A DNA stretch of 24,726 bases from Octopus sinensis (lineage: Eukaryota): the NCBI RefSeq assembly GCF_006345805.1, contig NW_021836501.1:1-24726 (forward strand). The letters run 5' to 3'. Position numbers and translations under genes: made by a program. Positions 10,869-21,956 of this stretch are shown here, piece by piece; position 1 is the stretch's first letter; each line of letters begins with the position of its first letter. The notes under the pieces are model-generated. The model had not been told where the DNA came from. It did not search any database and saw only the letters and a list, made by a program, of their open reading frames with translations.

Positions 10869-11627
10869 GTGTGTGTGTGTTTTGTGTGTCTGTGTTTGTA
10901 CCCCTAGCATTGCTTGACAACCGATGCTGGTGTGTTTACGTCCCCGTAACTTAGCGGTTCGGCAAAAGAGACCGATAGAATAAGTACTAGGCTTACAAAG
11001 AATAAGTCCTGGGGTCGATTTGCTCGACTAAAGGCGGTGCTCCAGCATGGCCGCAGTCAAATGACTGAAACAAGTAAAAGAGAGAGAAAGAGAGATTTAA
11101 CTTCATCATCATCATCGTCCAGTGTTTTATAAATCTACATGTTGTCCCCATCAACAGGCGTGGTCGGATCTAACTCAATGCCATAGCAACCAAGGGAGGC
11201 AGGTGCAGCCCAACCCAACCCTTGGGTTGGCAAGTACCCATTCTCCCTTGCTATCATAAGGCTTTTTTGGAGCTGGATTTTCTACGGGAGTATGCCCTTG
11301 TTTACATCCAGCCTCAGTTTCTAGACATGAGTGGTCCCAAGACTAAGGCCTCTACCGTGATTTTTAAGAAATGTGGTGGAAAACTAGCTCAGGAAGGCAG
11401 GGATGCTACTCCCTGAGACCCCTTTCGGAGCCCCACTACCTTGCTTGTAGTTTCTTGTATATTTTATGACCACATGGTAAGGTAAACAAGTTTACTTTCA
11501 TAGAAAAATCAAAAAACTACAAATGGATATGACTTTACACAGCATCTGCTTAATGGGCCCTGATTCTGGAATTTCAGGGTCTTCTAGGGTGTGGAACCAC
11601 CTCTAAGCCATTGTTGTTCCCAGGTCT
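10053..11627. repeat. Local tandem duplication, period 827 bp
   Basis: 10085-10800 is nearly identical to 10912-11627 (SINE A 3' half plus about 525 bp of another segment); the copies are separated by (TA)n/(TG)n. Confidence 0.92.
10277..10800 (-). mobile_element. Unclassified (GAT)n-tailed element (second copy 11103-11627)
   Basis: (CAT)n at the left end. Minus-strand ggttggatgtaaacaagggcatactccctgtagaaa resembles the family C motif ggttggcgttaggaagggcatccagctgtagaaa. Confidence 0.5.
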
Positions 11628-11692
11628 ATATATATATATATATATATGTATAATATTGATAATATATAAATATATATATGCATATATACATA

Positions 11693-12100
11693 CGCAGGAG
11701 TGGCTGTGTGGTAAGTAGCTTGCTTACCAACCACATGGTTCCGGGTTCAGTCCCACTGCGTGGCATCTTGGGCAAGTGTCTTCTGCTATAGCCCCGGGCC
11801 GACCAATGCCTTGTGAGTGGATTTGGCAGACGGAAACTGAAAGAAGCCTGTCGTATATATGTATATATATATATATGTGTGTGTGTGTTTGTGTGTCTGT
11901 GTTTGTACCCCTAGCATTGCTTGACAACCGATGCTGGTGTGTTTACGTCCCCGTCACCGAGCGGTTCGGCAAAAAGAGACCGATAAAATAAGTACTGGGC
12001 TTACAAAGAATAAGTCCCAGGGTTGATTTGCTCGACTAAAGGCGGTGCTCCAGCATGGCCGCAGTCAAATGACTGAAACAAGTAAAAGAGTAAAAAGAGT
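11693..12100 (+). mobile_element. SINE family A, full length
   Basis: Intact head, CORE-like segment, internal TA/TG tract and (AAAAGAGT) tail. Confidence 0.9.
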
Positions 12101-12355
12101 AATATACGCTTTCAATAAAACAGTTGCTCCCGCAAAGCAAGTTAAATAAAATTTGGGATTTTGCAGAGGGTCAAAACAGGTAACACAAACAGGACGGTGG
12201 AAACAAACAGGAAGGGCTGTTGTTCGAAAGGCTAGTTCATGTTCCATGTACCCGTGCTTCATACTTTTTTGTTGTACAGTTTCATGATGTTCTGTGCCCA
12301 CATATGCATACATATATACATATAGATGTATGTACATATACGTATGTATATATGC

Positions 12356-12391
<36 letters not shown>

Positions 12392-12501
12392 TAAACATAC
12401 ATATATATATATAGATGTATATATATATATATTCTATACCATTCCAATATATAATGTAGTTATTTACCATTGTGAGTCTAAGTCTATGCAACCTTTAATT
12501 C

Positions 12502-12548
<47 letters not shown>

Positions 12549-12562
12549 CACGTGCGCGTGCA

Positions 12563-12600
<38 letters not shown>

Positions 12601-12602
<2 letters not shown>

Positions 12603-12909
12603 GGTGCAATGGCCCAGTGGTTAGGGCAGCGGACTTGTAGTTCTAGGATCGCGGTTTCAATTCCCAGACTGGGCGTTGTGAGTGTTTATTGAGTGAAAAC
12701 CCTAAAGCTGCATGAGGCTTCGGCAGGGGGTAGTGGCGATCCCTGCTGTACTCTCTTGCCGCAACTTTCTCTCACTCTTTCTTCTGTTGGCCTTGCTCCC
12801 TTAGCCAGCGGGGTGGCATCACTTGAAGGCTAAAACAATGCAAAGCACATTGTGACCAGCGATGTGTAGCAACATCTGACAGCCTGGTCGGTCACGATGA
12901 TCACGATGA
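12601..12909 (+). mobile_element. SINE family D-related, full length
   Basis: tggcccagtggttagg (A box-like) and ggtttcaattccc (B box-like). Tail matches the reverse complement of 8206-8325 and ends cacgatgatcacgatgat. Confidence 0.8.
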
Positions 12910-13257
12910 TATATATATATATATATATTATTCATATACATATATGTATATAAATATATACATACATAAATATATATCCAAACATACATACACACACATA
13001 CATACACCATGGAAATCGCTGCTATTAAATGTCTTCATTGAACAATGGTTGCTTGCTATACAGCTGCAGTCAAAATTGCAAGACAAGAGATCGCATTATA
13101 TTTGCAGGAAAACATAAAAAAAGAATCTTTGAATTGTTCTGATAACATTGTAACATGTGTGCGAGTTCCAAATTAAGTTTATGCCTACAATTATCTCCTT
13201 GTCTCTCTCGTTCCCTTATATGACTAATGAACTGCAAGTAATCATGTCTTCATCATT

Positions 13258-14636
13258 AAGGCAGCAAGCTGCTAGAAAATGTTAGCAGGAGTGGCTGTGT
13301 GGTAAGTAGCTTGCTAACCAACCACATTGTTCAGAGTTCAATCCCACTGCGTGGCATCTTGGGCAAGTGTCTTCTGCTATAGCCTCAGGCCGACCAATGT
13401 CTTGTGAGTGGATTTGGTAGACGGAAACTGAAAGAAGCCTGTCGTATATATGCATGTATATATATGTATGTATATATATATATATGTGTGTGTGTGTGCA
13501 TGTGTTTGTGTGTCTGTGTTTGTCCCGCCAACATCGCTTGACAACCGATGCTGGTGTGTTTATGTCTCTGTTACTTAGTGGTTCGGCAAAAAAGAGACCG
13601 ATTGAATAAGTACTGGGCTTACAAAGAATAAGTCCTGGGGTCGATTTGCTCGACTAAAGGCGGTGCTCCAGCATGGCCGTAGTCAAATGACTGAAACAAA
13701 TAAAAGAGTAAAAAAAGAGTATGCCAGGCAAAATGCTTACTGGTATTTCATCTGTCGGCGAGCTGGCAGAAACGTTAGCACGCCGGGCGAAATGCGTAGC
13801 AGTATTTCGTCTTTCGTTACATTCTGAGTTCAAATTCCGCCGAGGTCGACTTTGCCTTTCATCCTTTCGGGGTCGATAAATTAAGTACCAGTTACGTACT
13901 GGGGCCAATATAATTGACTTAATACGTTTGTCTGTCCTTCTTTGTCCCCTCTGTGTTTAGCCCCTTGTGGGTAGTAAAGAAATAGGTATTTCATCTGTCT
14001 TTAAGGTGGCGAGCTGGCAGAATTGTTAGCATGCCGGGCGAAATACTTTACGGTATTTCGTCTGCCACTACGTTCTGAGTTCAAATTCCATCGAGGTCGA
14101 CTTTGCCTTTCATCCTTTCGGGGTCGATAAATTAAGTACCAGTTACGTACTGGGGCCAATATAATTGACTTAATACGTTTGTCTGTCCTTCTTTGTCCCC
14201 TCTGTGTTTAGCCCCTTGTGGGTAGTAAAGAAATAGGTATTTCATCTGTCTTTAAGGTGGCGAGCTGGCAGAATTGTTAGCATGCCGGGCGAAATACTTT
14301 ACGGTATTTCGTCTGCCGCTACGTTCTGAGTTCAAATTCCATCGAGGTCGACTTTGCCTTTCATCCTTTCGAAGTTGATAAATTAAGTACCAGTTACGCA
14401 CTGGGGTCAATATAATTGACTTAATCCATTTGTCTGTCCTGTTTGTCCCCACTGTGTTTAGCCCCTTGTGGGTAGTAAAGAAATAGGTATTTCCTCTGTC
14501 TTTACATTCTAAGTTCGAATTTTGCCAAGGTCAACTTTGCCTTTCTTTCTGGGTCGGTAAATTAAGTATAGGTTGCATACTGGGGTCGATCTAATTGACT
14601 GGCTCCCTCCCCCAAACTTTCTGGTCTTGTGCCTAG
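13258..14636 (+). mobile_element. Nested SINE stack: outer B copy interrupted by a full A (13288-13720) and three tandem B monomers (13777, 14002, 14253)
   Basis: Outer B head at 13258-13288 resumes at 13721, breaks at ggtatttcatctgtc and resumes at about 14500. The period between the 2nd and 3rd inner copies is 251 bp. Confidence 0.8.
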
Positions 14637-14639
14637 AGT

Positions 14640-15569
14640 TGCTGAGACCGCACCTAGAAAGTTACCCTCCGAGGCACAAGTCCAGGTAAGGTCGTTTATG
14701 AAAGACCAGCAGTCGCCCATGCATACCAGCCTCCCCTCTCCATGCCACCAGTTTTATCCAAGGGAAAGGCAAAAGGGGACGATGCAGCTTGTCACCAGTG
14801 ACGTTGCAACTCATTTCTACAGCGTCGCCTTACTGGCACTTATGCCTGTGCTAGTAGGGTGCCAAGAGCACCATCTGAGCGTGATCGTTGCCAGAGCAGC
14901 CAACTGGCTTCCGTACCCGTGGCGCATAAAAGGGCACCATTCATGCGTGATCGTTACCAACGTCGCTACACTGGTACCTGTGCCGGTGGCACGTGTAAAA
15001 AAGATTCGAGCAAGATTCATTGCCAGTACCGCCTGAATGGCCCCCGTGCAGGTGGGACGTAAAAAGCACCCACTACACTCTCGGAGTGGTTGGTGTAAGG
15101 AAGGGCATCCAACTGTAGAAACTCTGCCAGATTAAGATTGGAGCCTGGCACAGCCAGATCAAGATTGGAGCCTGGCACAGCCATCTGCCTGTGCTAGTAG
15201 GGTGCCAAGAACACCATCCGAGCGTGATCGTTGCCAGAGCAGCCAACTGGCTTCCGTACCTGTGGTGCGTAAAAGGGCACCATTCAAGCGTGTATGTATA
15301 TGTATCTGCATGTATATGTACATGTATGTATGTATACATATCTGTATGTATGTATGTATACATATCTGTATGTATGTATATGTACATGTATGTATGTATA
15401 CATATCTGTATGTATGTATGTATACATATCTGTATGTATGTATGTATACATATATATGTGTGTGTGTGCATGTGTGTATTCACAAACGCAACATACACAC
15501 ACACAGTCAAAATCGTCCAACCCATGCTAGCATGGAAAACGGACGTTAAACGATGATGATGATGATGAC
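14640..15569. mobile_element. Rearranged repeat mosaic, mainly family C (+) with internal duplications
   Basis: C motif at 15060-15185 and tail at 15505-15569. 14844-14945 is repeated at 15188-15288, and there is a 27-bp tandem duplication at 15126-15183. Confidence 0.65.
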
Positions 15570-16540
15570 TTTCCTCTTTCTTCCTATATATAAAATATGA
15601 GATTTAACGTCTTATTGTTTAAGTGGTATAAAATATGTTTTAAGTGTGAGATTCAGATAAAAAGATTCCAAAAGACAATTGAATGGAATTCTGCAGTTAT
15701 TGAGTGACAAAAATTGAATAATAAAAGATTTTTCAGAACAAGTAGCTTTCATAATTGACTATCATTTTAATGCATATAGATGTATACATATATTATGTGT
15801 ATGTGTGTATACATAATATTTAGAACATATTTTTATCCACAGACACATATATACATATATATGTGTGTGTGTGTGTGTGTGTTCATATGTGTGTATACAT
15901 AATATTTAGTACATATTTTTATCCACAGACACATATATACATATATATATGTGTGTGTATGTGTGTATAGTCTTATACATATGTGTGTGTAAAAATGTAT
16001 ATATATATATGTTTAGATAGAAGTGTGTTTATTATGTACATATGTATATGTATCTGTATGTATGTATATGTACATATGTATAGGTATATGTATCTGTATG
16101 TATGTATGTATACATATCTATATGTATGTATATGTACATATGTATATGTATCTGTATATATATATACCTGTGTGTATGTATATGTATTTGCATGTATTTG
16201 TATGTCTATGTATATGTGTATGTGCATGTATGTATTCACACACACAGCACACACACACACACCACACACACACACACACACACCACACACGCTCACATAT
16301 AAAACAGTAACAGGAGATTTTGTAAGAACTGATAGGGAACCACAATGAAAACAAAGGTACTCAATACATCAAGTAGGTGGCACTACGTTAATTTATTTAA
16401 CGACAAGTGGCTCTTAGAACAGTAATAATATTGCATTGCTTGAGAATTGATCAGAGAGGGAAGAATTCTGATGAATTCCACAAAAATGCAACAGCACCAG
16501 CCCAGTAAGTATTACTTGGCATTGAAGAAATTATGATACA

Positions 16541-16580
<40 letters not shown>

Positions 16581-16583
<3 letters not shown>

Positions 16584-17182
16584 GTAGGAGTGGCTGTGTG
16601 GTAAGTAGCTTGCTTACAAACCACATGGTTCCGGATTCAGTCCCACTGCGTGGCACCTTGGGCAAGTGTCTTCTACTATAGCCTCGGGCCGACCAAAGCC
16701 TTGTGAGTGGATTTGGTAGATGGAAACTGAAAGAAGCCCGTTGTAAATATATATATATATATATGGCGTAGGAGTGGCTGTGTGCTAAGTAGCTTTCTTA
16801 CAAACCACATGGTTCCAGGTTCAGTCCCACAGCGTGGCACCTTGGGCAAGTGTCTTCTACTATAGTCTCAGGGCCAACCAAAGCCTTGTGAGCGGATTTG
16901 GTAGACGGAAACTGAAAGAAGCCTGTCGTATATATGTATAATATATATGTATGTGTGTGTGTGTATATGTTTGTGTGTCTGTGTTTGTACCCACTAACAT
17001 CGCTTGCCAACCGATGCTGGTGTGTTTACGTCCCCATAACTTAGTGGTTCGGCAAAAGAGACCGATAGAATAAGTACTAGGCTTACAAAGAATAAGTCCT
17101 GGGGTCGATTTGCTCGACTAAAAAGGCGGTGCTCCAGCATGGCCACAGTCAAATGACTGAAACAAGTAAAAGAGTAAAGAGT
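16581..17182 (+). mobile_element. SINE family A: head-only copy (16581-16745) followed by full copy (16765-17182)
   Basis: ggcgtaggagtggctgtgtg starts at 16581 and 16765, both preceded by (TA)n. Confidence 0.88.
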
Positions 17183-17290
17183 ATACATAAATGATAATTA
17201 TTTGAGGGAATATTAATCCTAACTTACAGGGAAAAAATTCAATTTAGAAAAACTAAATCAAATTTAACACAATATAATATATATATATAT

Positions 17291-17593
17291 AAATTAGAAA
17301 AAAACACCTTTTATCAATTCAAAATGAACAATTAAATTACACCATCTAGAAAATTACATATATTAGAAATATTAAAATTAAGATAACGATAAAATACCGA
17401 TGATTAAGTAAATTGCAAAGAAATAATAAATATTCTACCAATTATATATGTTTTTATTATTTTTTTGCAGTTTACTTAATCATCGGTATTTTATTGTTAA
17501 TTTAATTCTAATATTTCTAATATATGTAATTTTCTAGATGGTGTAATTTAATTGTTCATTTAGAATTGATAAAAGGTGGGTTTTTTCTAATTT
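17291..17593. repeat. Long AT-rich inverted repeat (about 140-bp arms, about 21-nt spacer)
   Basis: 17291-17430 is the reverse complement of 17452-17593 with few mismatches; (TA)n on both flanks. Confidence 0.9.
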
Positions 17594-17704
17594 ATATATA
17601 GATATATATACATATATATATATATATACATATTATATATAATATATTATATACTATATATATATTATATACTAATATATATTATTATATCCATATATAT
17701 ATAT

Positions 17705-18260
17705 CATCATCATTCTTTAACGTCCGCTTTCCATGCCAGCATAGGTTGGACGGTTTGACTGAGGACTGGCGAACCAGATGGCTGCACCAGGCTCCAGTCT
17801 GATCTGGCAGAGTTTCTACAGCTAGACACCCTTCCTCATGCCAACCACAAAGGGGTCGATACACAATATATAAGTTGCAATAAAACACACAGGTGTGGCT
17901 GTGTGGTAATGGCTTGCTTCCCAACCACATGGTTCCAGGAAATTGTAGTTGTGATGCCAGTGCTGGTGGCACGTAAAAGAACCATCCAAACGTAGCCGTT
18001 GCCAGCACCGCCTCGACTGGCCTCCATGCCAGTGGCATGTAAAAAGCACCAGCCATGCCTGGCACCTGTGCTGGTGGCACGTAAAAAGTACCCACTACAC
18101 TCACGGGGTGGTTGGTGTTAGGAAGGGCATCCAGCTGTAGAAACACTGCCAGATCAGACTGGGGCCTGGTGCAGCCTCCTGGCTTCCCAGACTCTGGTCG
18201 AACCGTCCAACCCATGCTAGCATGGAAAGCAGACGTTAAACAATGATGATGATGATGATG
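17705..18260. mobile_element. Two oppositely oriented family C 3' ends (17705-17848 minus; 17955-18260 plus)
   Basis: (CAT)n..ttaacgtccgctttccatgc at left and gcatggaaagcagacgttaaac(GAT)n at right. Confidence 0.82.
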
Positions 18261-18680
18261 ATAATAATGACGACGACGACGACGACGATGATGATGATAT
18301 GATGTAGTCTCTTTGCAAATGTCACAGAATCATATGTAAAGATTCTATGAATAAATGATGTCATAATATATTCTCAAGGCTTAGTGTTTGTACTTTGTGA
18401 TCTTTAATACCATGGAGACCCTTAAACAGAAGGTTTGTCACAGCAGGATGAATCTTCCTCACAGGGAGCTCCGTAACCTTCACAAAGGAACTCATGGTAT
18501 TCAAAACATATTGATCATGTGTCAAACTCCTTAATGTGCACTTTGCACAAACATTATATATGTAAAGATGTGTGTGTCTGTGTGTCTGTGTCTGTGTATT
18601 GTAAATGAAAGACACAAGATGGAATATACGAGAATTTATTATTAATCTCGACAATTGTTTCAACACATCAGGCATCAATT

Positions 18681-19370
18681 CCTATCTTGCCCAGGATATC
18701 AATCATCTGGAAGCTGGAACCCCTATCTTGCCCAGGATATCAATCATCTGGAAGCTGGAACCCCTATCTTGCCCAGGATATCAATCATCTGGAAGCTGGA
18801 ACCCCTATCTTGCCCAGGATATCAATCATCTGGAAGCTGGAACCCCTATCTTGCCCAGGATATCAATCATCTGGAAGCTGGAACCCCTATCTTGCCCAGG
18901 ATATCAATCATCTGGAAGCTGGAACCCCTATCTTGCCCAGGATATCAATCATCTGGAAGCTGGAACCCCTATCTTGCCAGGATATCAATCATCTGGAGCT
19001 GGAACCCCTATCTTGCCCAGGATATCAATCATCTGGAAGCTGGAACCCCTATCTTGCCCAGGATATCAATCATCTGGAAGCTGGAACCCCTATCTTGCCC
19101 AGGATATCAATCATCTGGAAGCTGGAACCCCTATCTTGCCCAGGATATCAATCATCTGGAAGCTGGAACCCCTATCTTGCCCAGGATATCAATCATCTGG
19201 AAGCTGGAACCCCTATCTTGCCCAGGATATCAATCGTCTGGAAGCTGGAACCCCTATCTTGGCCAGGATATCAATCGTCTGGAAGCTGGAACCCCTATCT
19301 TGCCCAGGATATCAATCATCTGGAAGCTGGAACCCCTATCTTGCCCAGGATATCAATCGTCTGGAAGCTG
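18681..19370 (+). repeat. 41-bp minisatellite, 17 copies, derived from CR1 ORF2 sequence
   Basis: Unit ggaacccctatcttgcccaggatatcaatcatctggaagct. cctatctt recurs every 41 nt from 18681 to 19335 (one copy is 2 nt short), and the last copy runs into the LINE. Confidence 0.95.
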
Positions 19371-19888
19371 TTCAGCGACGTGCAACCAAAAGAATACTCT
19401 CCATCAGGCATTTGCCATATCCTGAACGCCTTACTTCCCTGGGCATGGACACATTGAAACTCCGACGTCTGGCAGCTGACTTGGCAGACACCCATAAAAT
19501 TATCAACCATCGTACAAACAATAACTCTGAGCACCTTTTCAAACTCCACCCATCTAACACCCATGGACATATTTACAAAGTAAGAAAACAACACAGCTCC
19601 CATGACTTCAGGAAACATTTTTTCATGCTGAGAGTTGCTGAAGCACGGAACTGCCAGCATCAGTTGTTAGTTGTCGGAGCACTGCATCCTTCAAAACTTC
19701 CTGAGATTCGCCAACCCTACACTTGATTTTCTCCCCTCCATACACACACAAGCATGTATCTGACTCATACATGTTCGCTGTCCAGGCATTTGTACATTAC
19801 TGCATGTACTTTATATGCACTTTCTGACAAGTTGTGGTGCACCTGAGCACTGTATACAATAATTTCATTATTATTATTATTATTATTA
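19328..19888 (+). mobile_element. 5'-truncated CR1-clade LINE (ORF2 C-terminus, 3' UTR, (ATT)n tail)
   Basis: WNPYLAQDINRLEAVQRRATKRI...LPYPERLTSLGMDTLKLRRLAADL...THGHIYKVRKQ...RKHFFMLRVAEA matches the CR1-type W.PY...DI..LE.VQRRATK / Y.ERL..L...L..RR...DL / TRGH..K / FF..RV...WN.LP pattern. Frameshift near 19648, after which LPASVV...SFKT continues. Confidence 0.9.
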
Positions 19889-20023
19889 TACTGGTTCAGG
19901 AGTATCCAGTGGTGCAGACGTATCTTGTCGTATGATAAATAAATACAACTCGTTAAAATAACTGTTTTGCAATGTAACTTCCTGTTTTTGTATAAAGAAA
20001 AGCAGCCTGAAGATCAAAAATAA

Positions 20024-20310
20024 AATCACAGATGGTAAAAAGGTGTTGGTGTGGTTACGTCTCTGTAACTTAGCAGTTTGACAAAAGAGAACGATAGAAT
20101 AAGTACCAGGCTTACAAAGAATCACAGATGGTAAAAAGGTGTTGGTGTGGTTACGTCTCTGTAACTTAGCAGTTTGACAAAAGAGAACGATAGAATAAGT
20201 ACCAGGCTTACAAAGAATAAGTCCAAGCGGTCGATTTCTTCGACTAAAAGGTGGTGTTCCAGCATGGCCACAGTCGAAATGACTGAAACAAGTAAAAGAA
20301 TAAAAGAATA
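20024..20310 (+). mobile_element. SINE family A 3' half with a 96-bp tandem duplication spanning its 5' junction
   Basis: aatcacagatgg...cttacaaag at 20024 and 20120. Confidence 0.8.
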
Positions 20311-20767
20311 TACAGACGTTACCAAAATGGCTGAGGGCACCTAGTCAGCACCAGTATTACTAGAAATGAGAGTCAAAACAACTACTAGCCACAGAAAGAA
20401 TCTTAAGCCTGAGAAGGGGGAGGGGCAAGCTCCCTACATCCAGGGCATTGCCAGATCACCAGTGATTTTGCATTTGATTAATGCTCGTTAGTGGCTCTTA
20501 CCTAGCCTAGAGTTAAGCTTGCTCACCTTGTCTGTTTATAAGACTACTGTAGAAATAGACATCCCTTATTATGCTGTCACATGGTCAGGTCATCGGCGAC
20601 TAAACTGGCATATGTGAGTTACAAATATTGTTGTCTGCGGAGACATATTTTGTAGAAAAAGGAAAAAGTAGTCTTTTGGTTGCTATTTCTAAAATTTTCG
20701 GTATGTGGTCAAGCAACTTGTTGCAAAACCCTTATTGTTATATTTATATATATATATATATATATAT

Positions 20768-21181
20768 ATAGTGTAATAAATAAAATATATGCATACATAC
20801 AAACATATATGTACGTACCAACATCTACATATATATATACAAGGCCTAGCTTGACCTTACGTGTTCTGTCTCTGCCTTCGAAACACGTGTCTGCTAGCGA
20901 CAGCTGATGAAGGGGATTTTTCCTTGTGCAGCATGTCCTGTACTTCGTTTTTCTGCTGCACATAATTGTTTTTCCCGTTTTCGTTTTCGTTTCATCTTGT
21001 TCCATGTCTCTGTCCTTCTGTTGTAACCAAATGTCTTTTCCGTTTTCGTTCTGTTGATTTTTTCGTCTTCCTGTGATGTCCTGTACGTATATATATTTAT
21101 ATATGCATGTATATATACATGTAGATGTCGGTACGAACATATATGTATGTATGTATGCATATATTTTATTTATTACACTAT
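20768..21181. mobile_element. About 414-bp element bounded by 74-bp inverted repeats, possibly Penelope-like-derived
   Basis: 20768-20841 is the reverse complement of 21108-21181 (about 5 mismatches). The interior has cgaaacacgtgtc...ctgatgaagggg followed by a T/C-rich tract. Confidence 0.6.
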
Positions 21182-21276
21182 TGTATGACAGCGCTTCGCG
21201 TCGGGTTCGTTTGAATTTTCGATTTTTCGAATTCTCACTTCGTTCCGTCTCTTCCTCCTTGTCCATTTTTACAGTT

Positions 21277-21315
<39 letters not shown>

Positions 21316-21318
<3 letters not shown>

Positions 21319-21549
21319 TTCTTTACTACCCACAAGGGGCTAAACACAGAGGGGACAAACAAGGACAGACATAGGTATTAAGTCGATTACATCGACTCCA
21401 GTGCGTAACTGGTACTTAATTTATCGACCCCGAAAGGATGAAAGGCAAAGTCGACCTTGGCGGAATTTGAACTCAGAACATAGCGGCAGACGAAATACGG
21501 CTACGCATTTCGCCCGGCGTGCTAACGTTACTGCCAGCTCACCGCCTTA
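21316..21549 (-). mobile_element. SINE family B monomer
   Basis: Reverse complement of the 13777-type monomer. Confidence 0.88.
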
Positions 21550-21559
21550 TATATATATA

Positions 21560-21702
21560 TACGACAGGCTTCTTTCAGCTTCCGTCTAATAAATCCACTC
21601 ACAAGGCTATAGTAGAAAACACTTGCTCACGGAGCCATGCAGTGGAAGTTAACCTGGAACCATGTGGTTGGGAAGCAAGCTTCTTACCCCACAGCCACGC
21701 CT
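21560..21702 (-). mobile_element. SINE family A head fragment
   Basis: cgacaggcttctttcag...cacagccacgcc. Confidence 0.75.
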
Positions 21703-21956
21703 ATATATACATATATATATATATGAGCAGTCTCAAGTGTAACCGGCCAAAACTGCAACGACGATCTGGAACTCGACTGAGGATAGGAAGCTCTGAATGA
21801 CCCATCCTTGTTTTATCCCGTCCTTTTTTTGTATCGTCTAACTGTCCAGATGTCTTGCTGTCACCCGTTACGTTCTTGTTCCATTTTTTGTTTTCTTTTT
21901 TTATATATTCATACACACATACACACACACAAACACACACAGATATGACAGAAAAC

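Noticed and set aside
18361-18560. Minus-strand ORF in non-repetitive sequence
   Set aside because: No recognisable motif or good splice sites; cannot be supported.
18605-19726. 373-aa ORF as a host gene
   Set aside because: It is the stop-free 41-bp minisatellite fused to a frameshifted CR1 remnant.
20543-20613. Possible exon TTVEIDIPYYAVTWSGHRRLNWH ending at GTGAGT
   Set aside because: Weak AAG acceptor, and phases 0/2 do not fit between the phase-1 exons, which already join cleanly.
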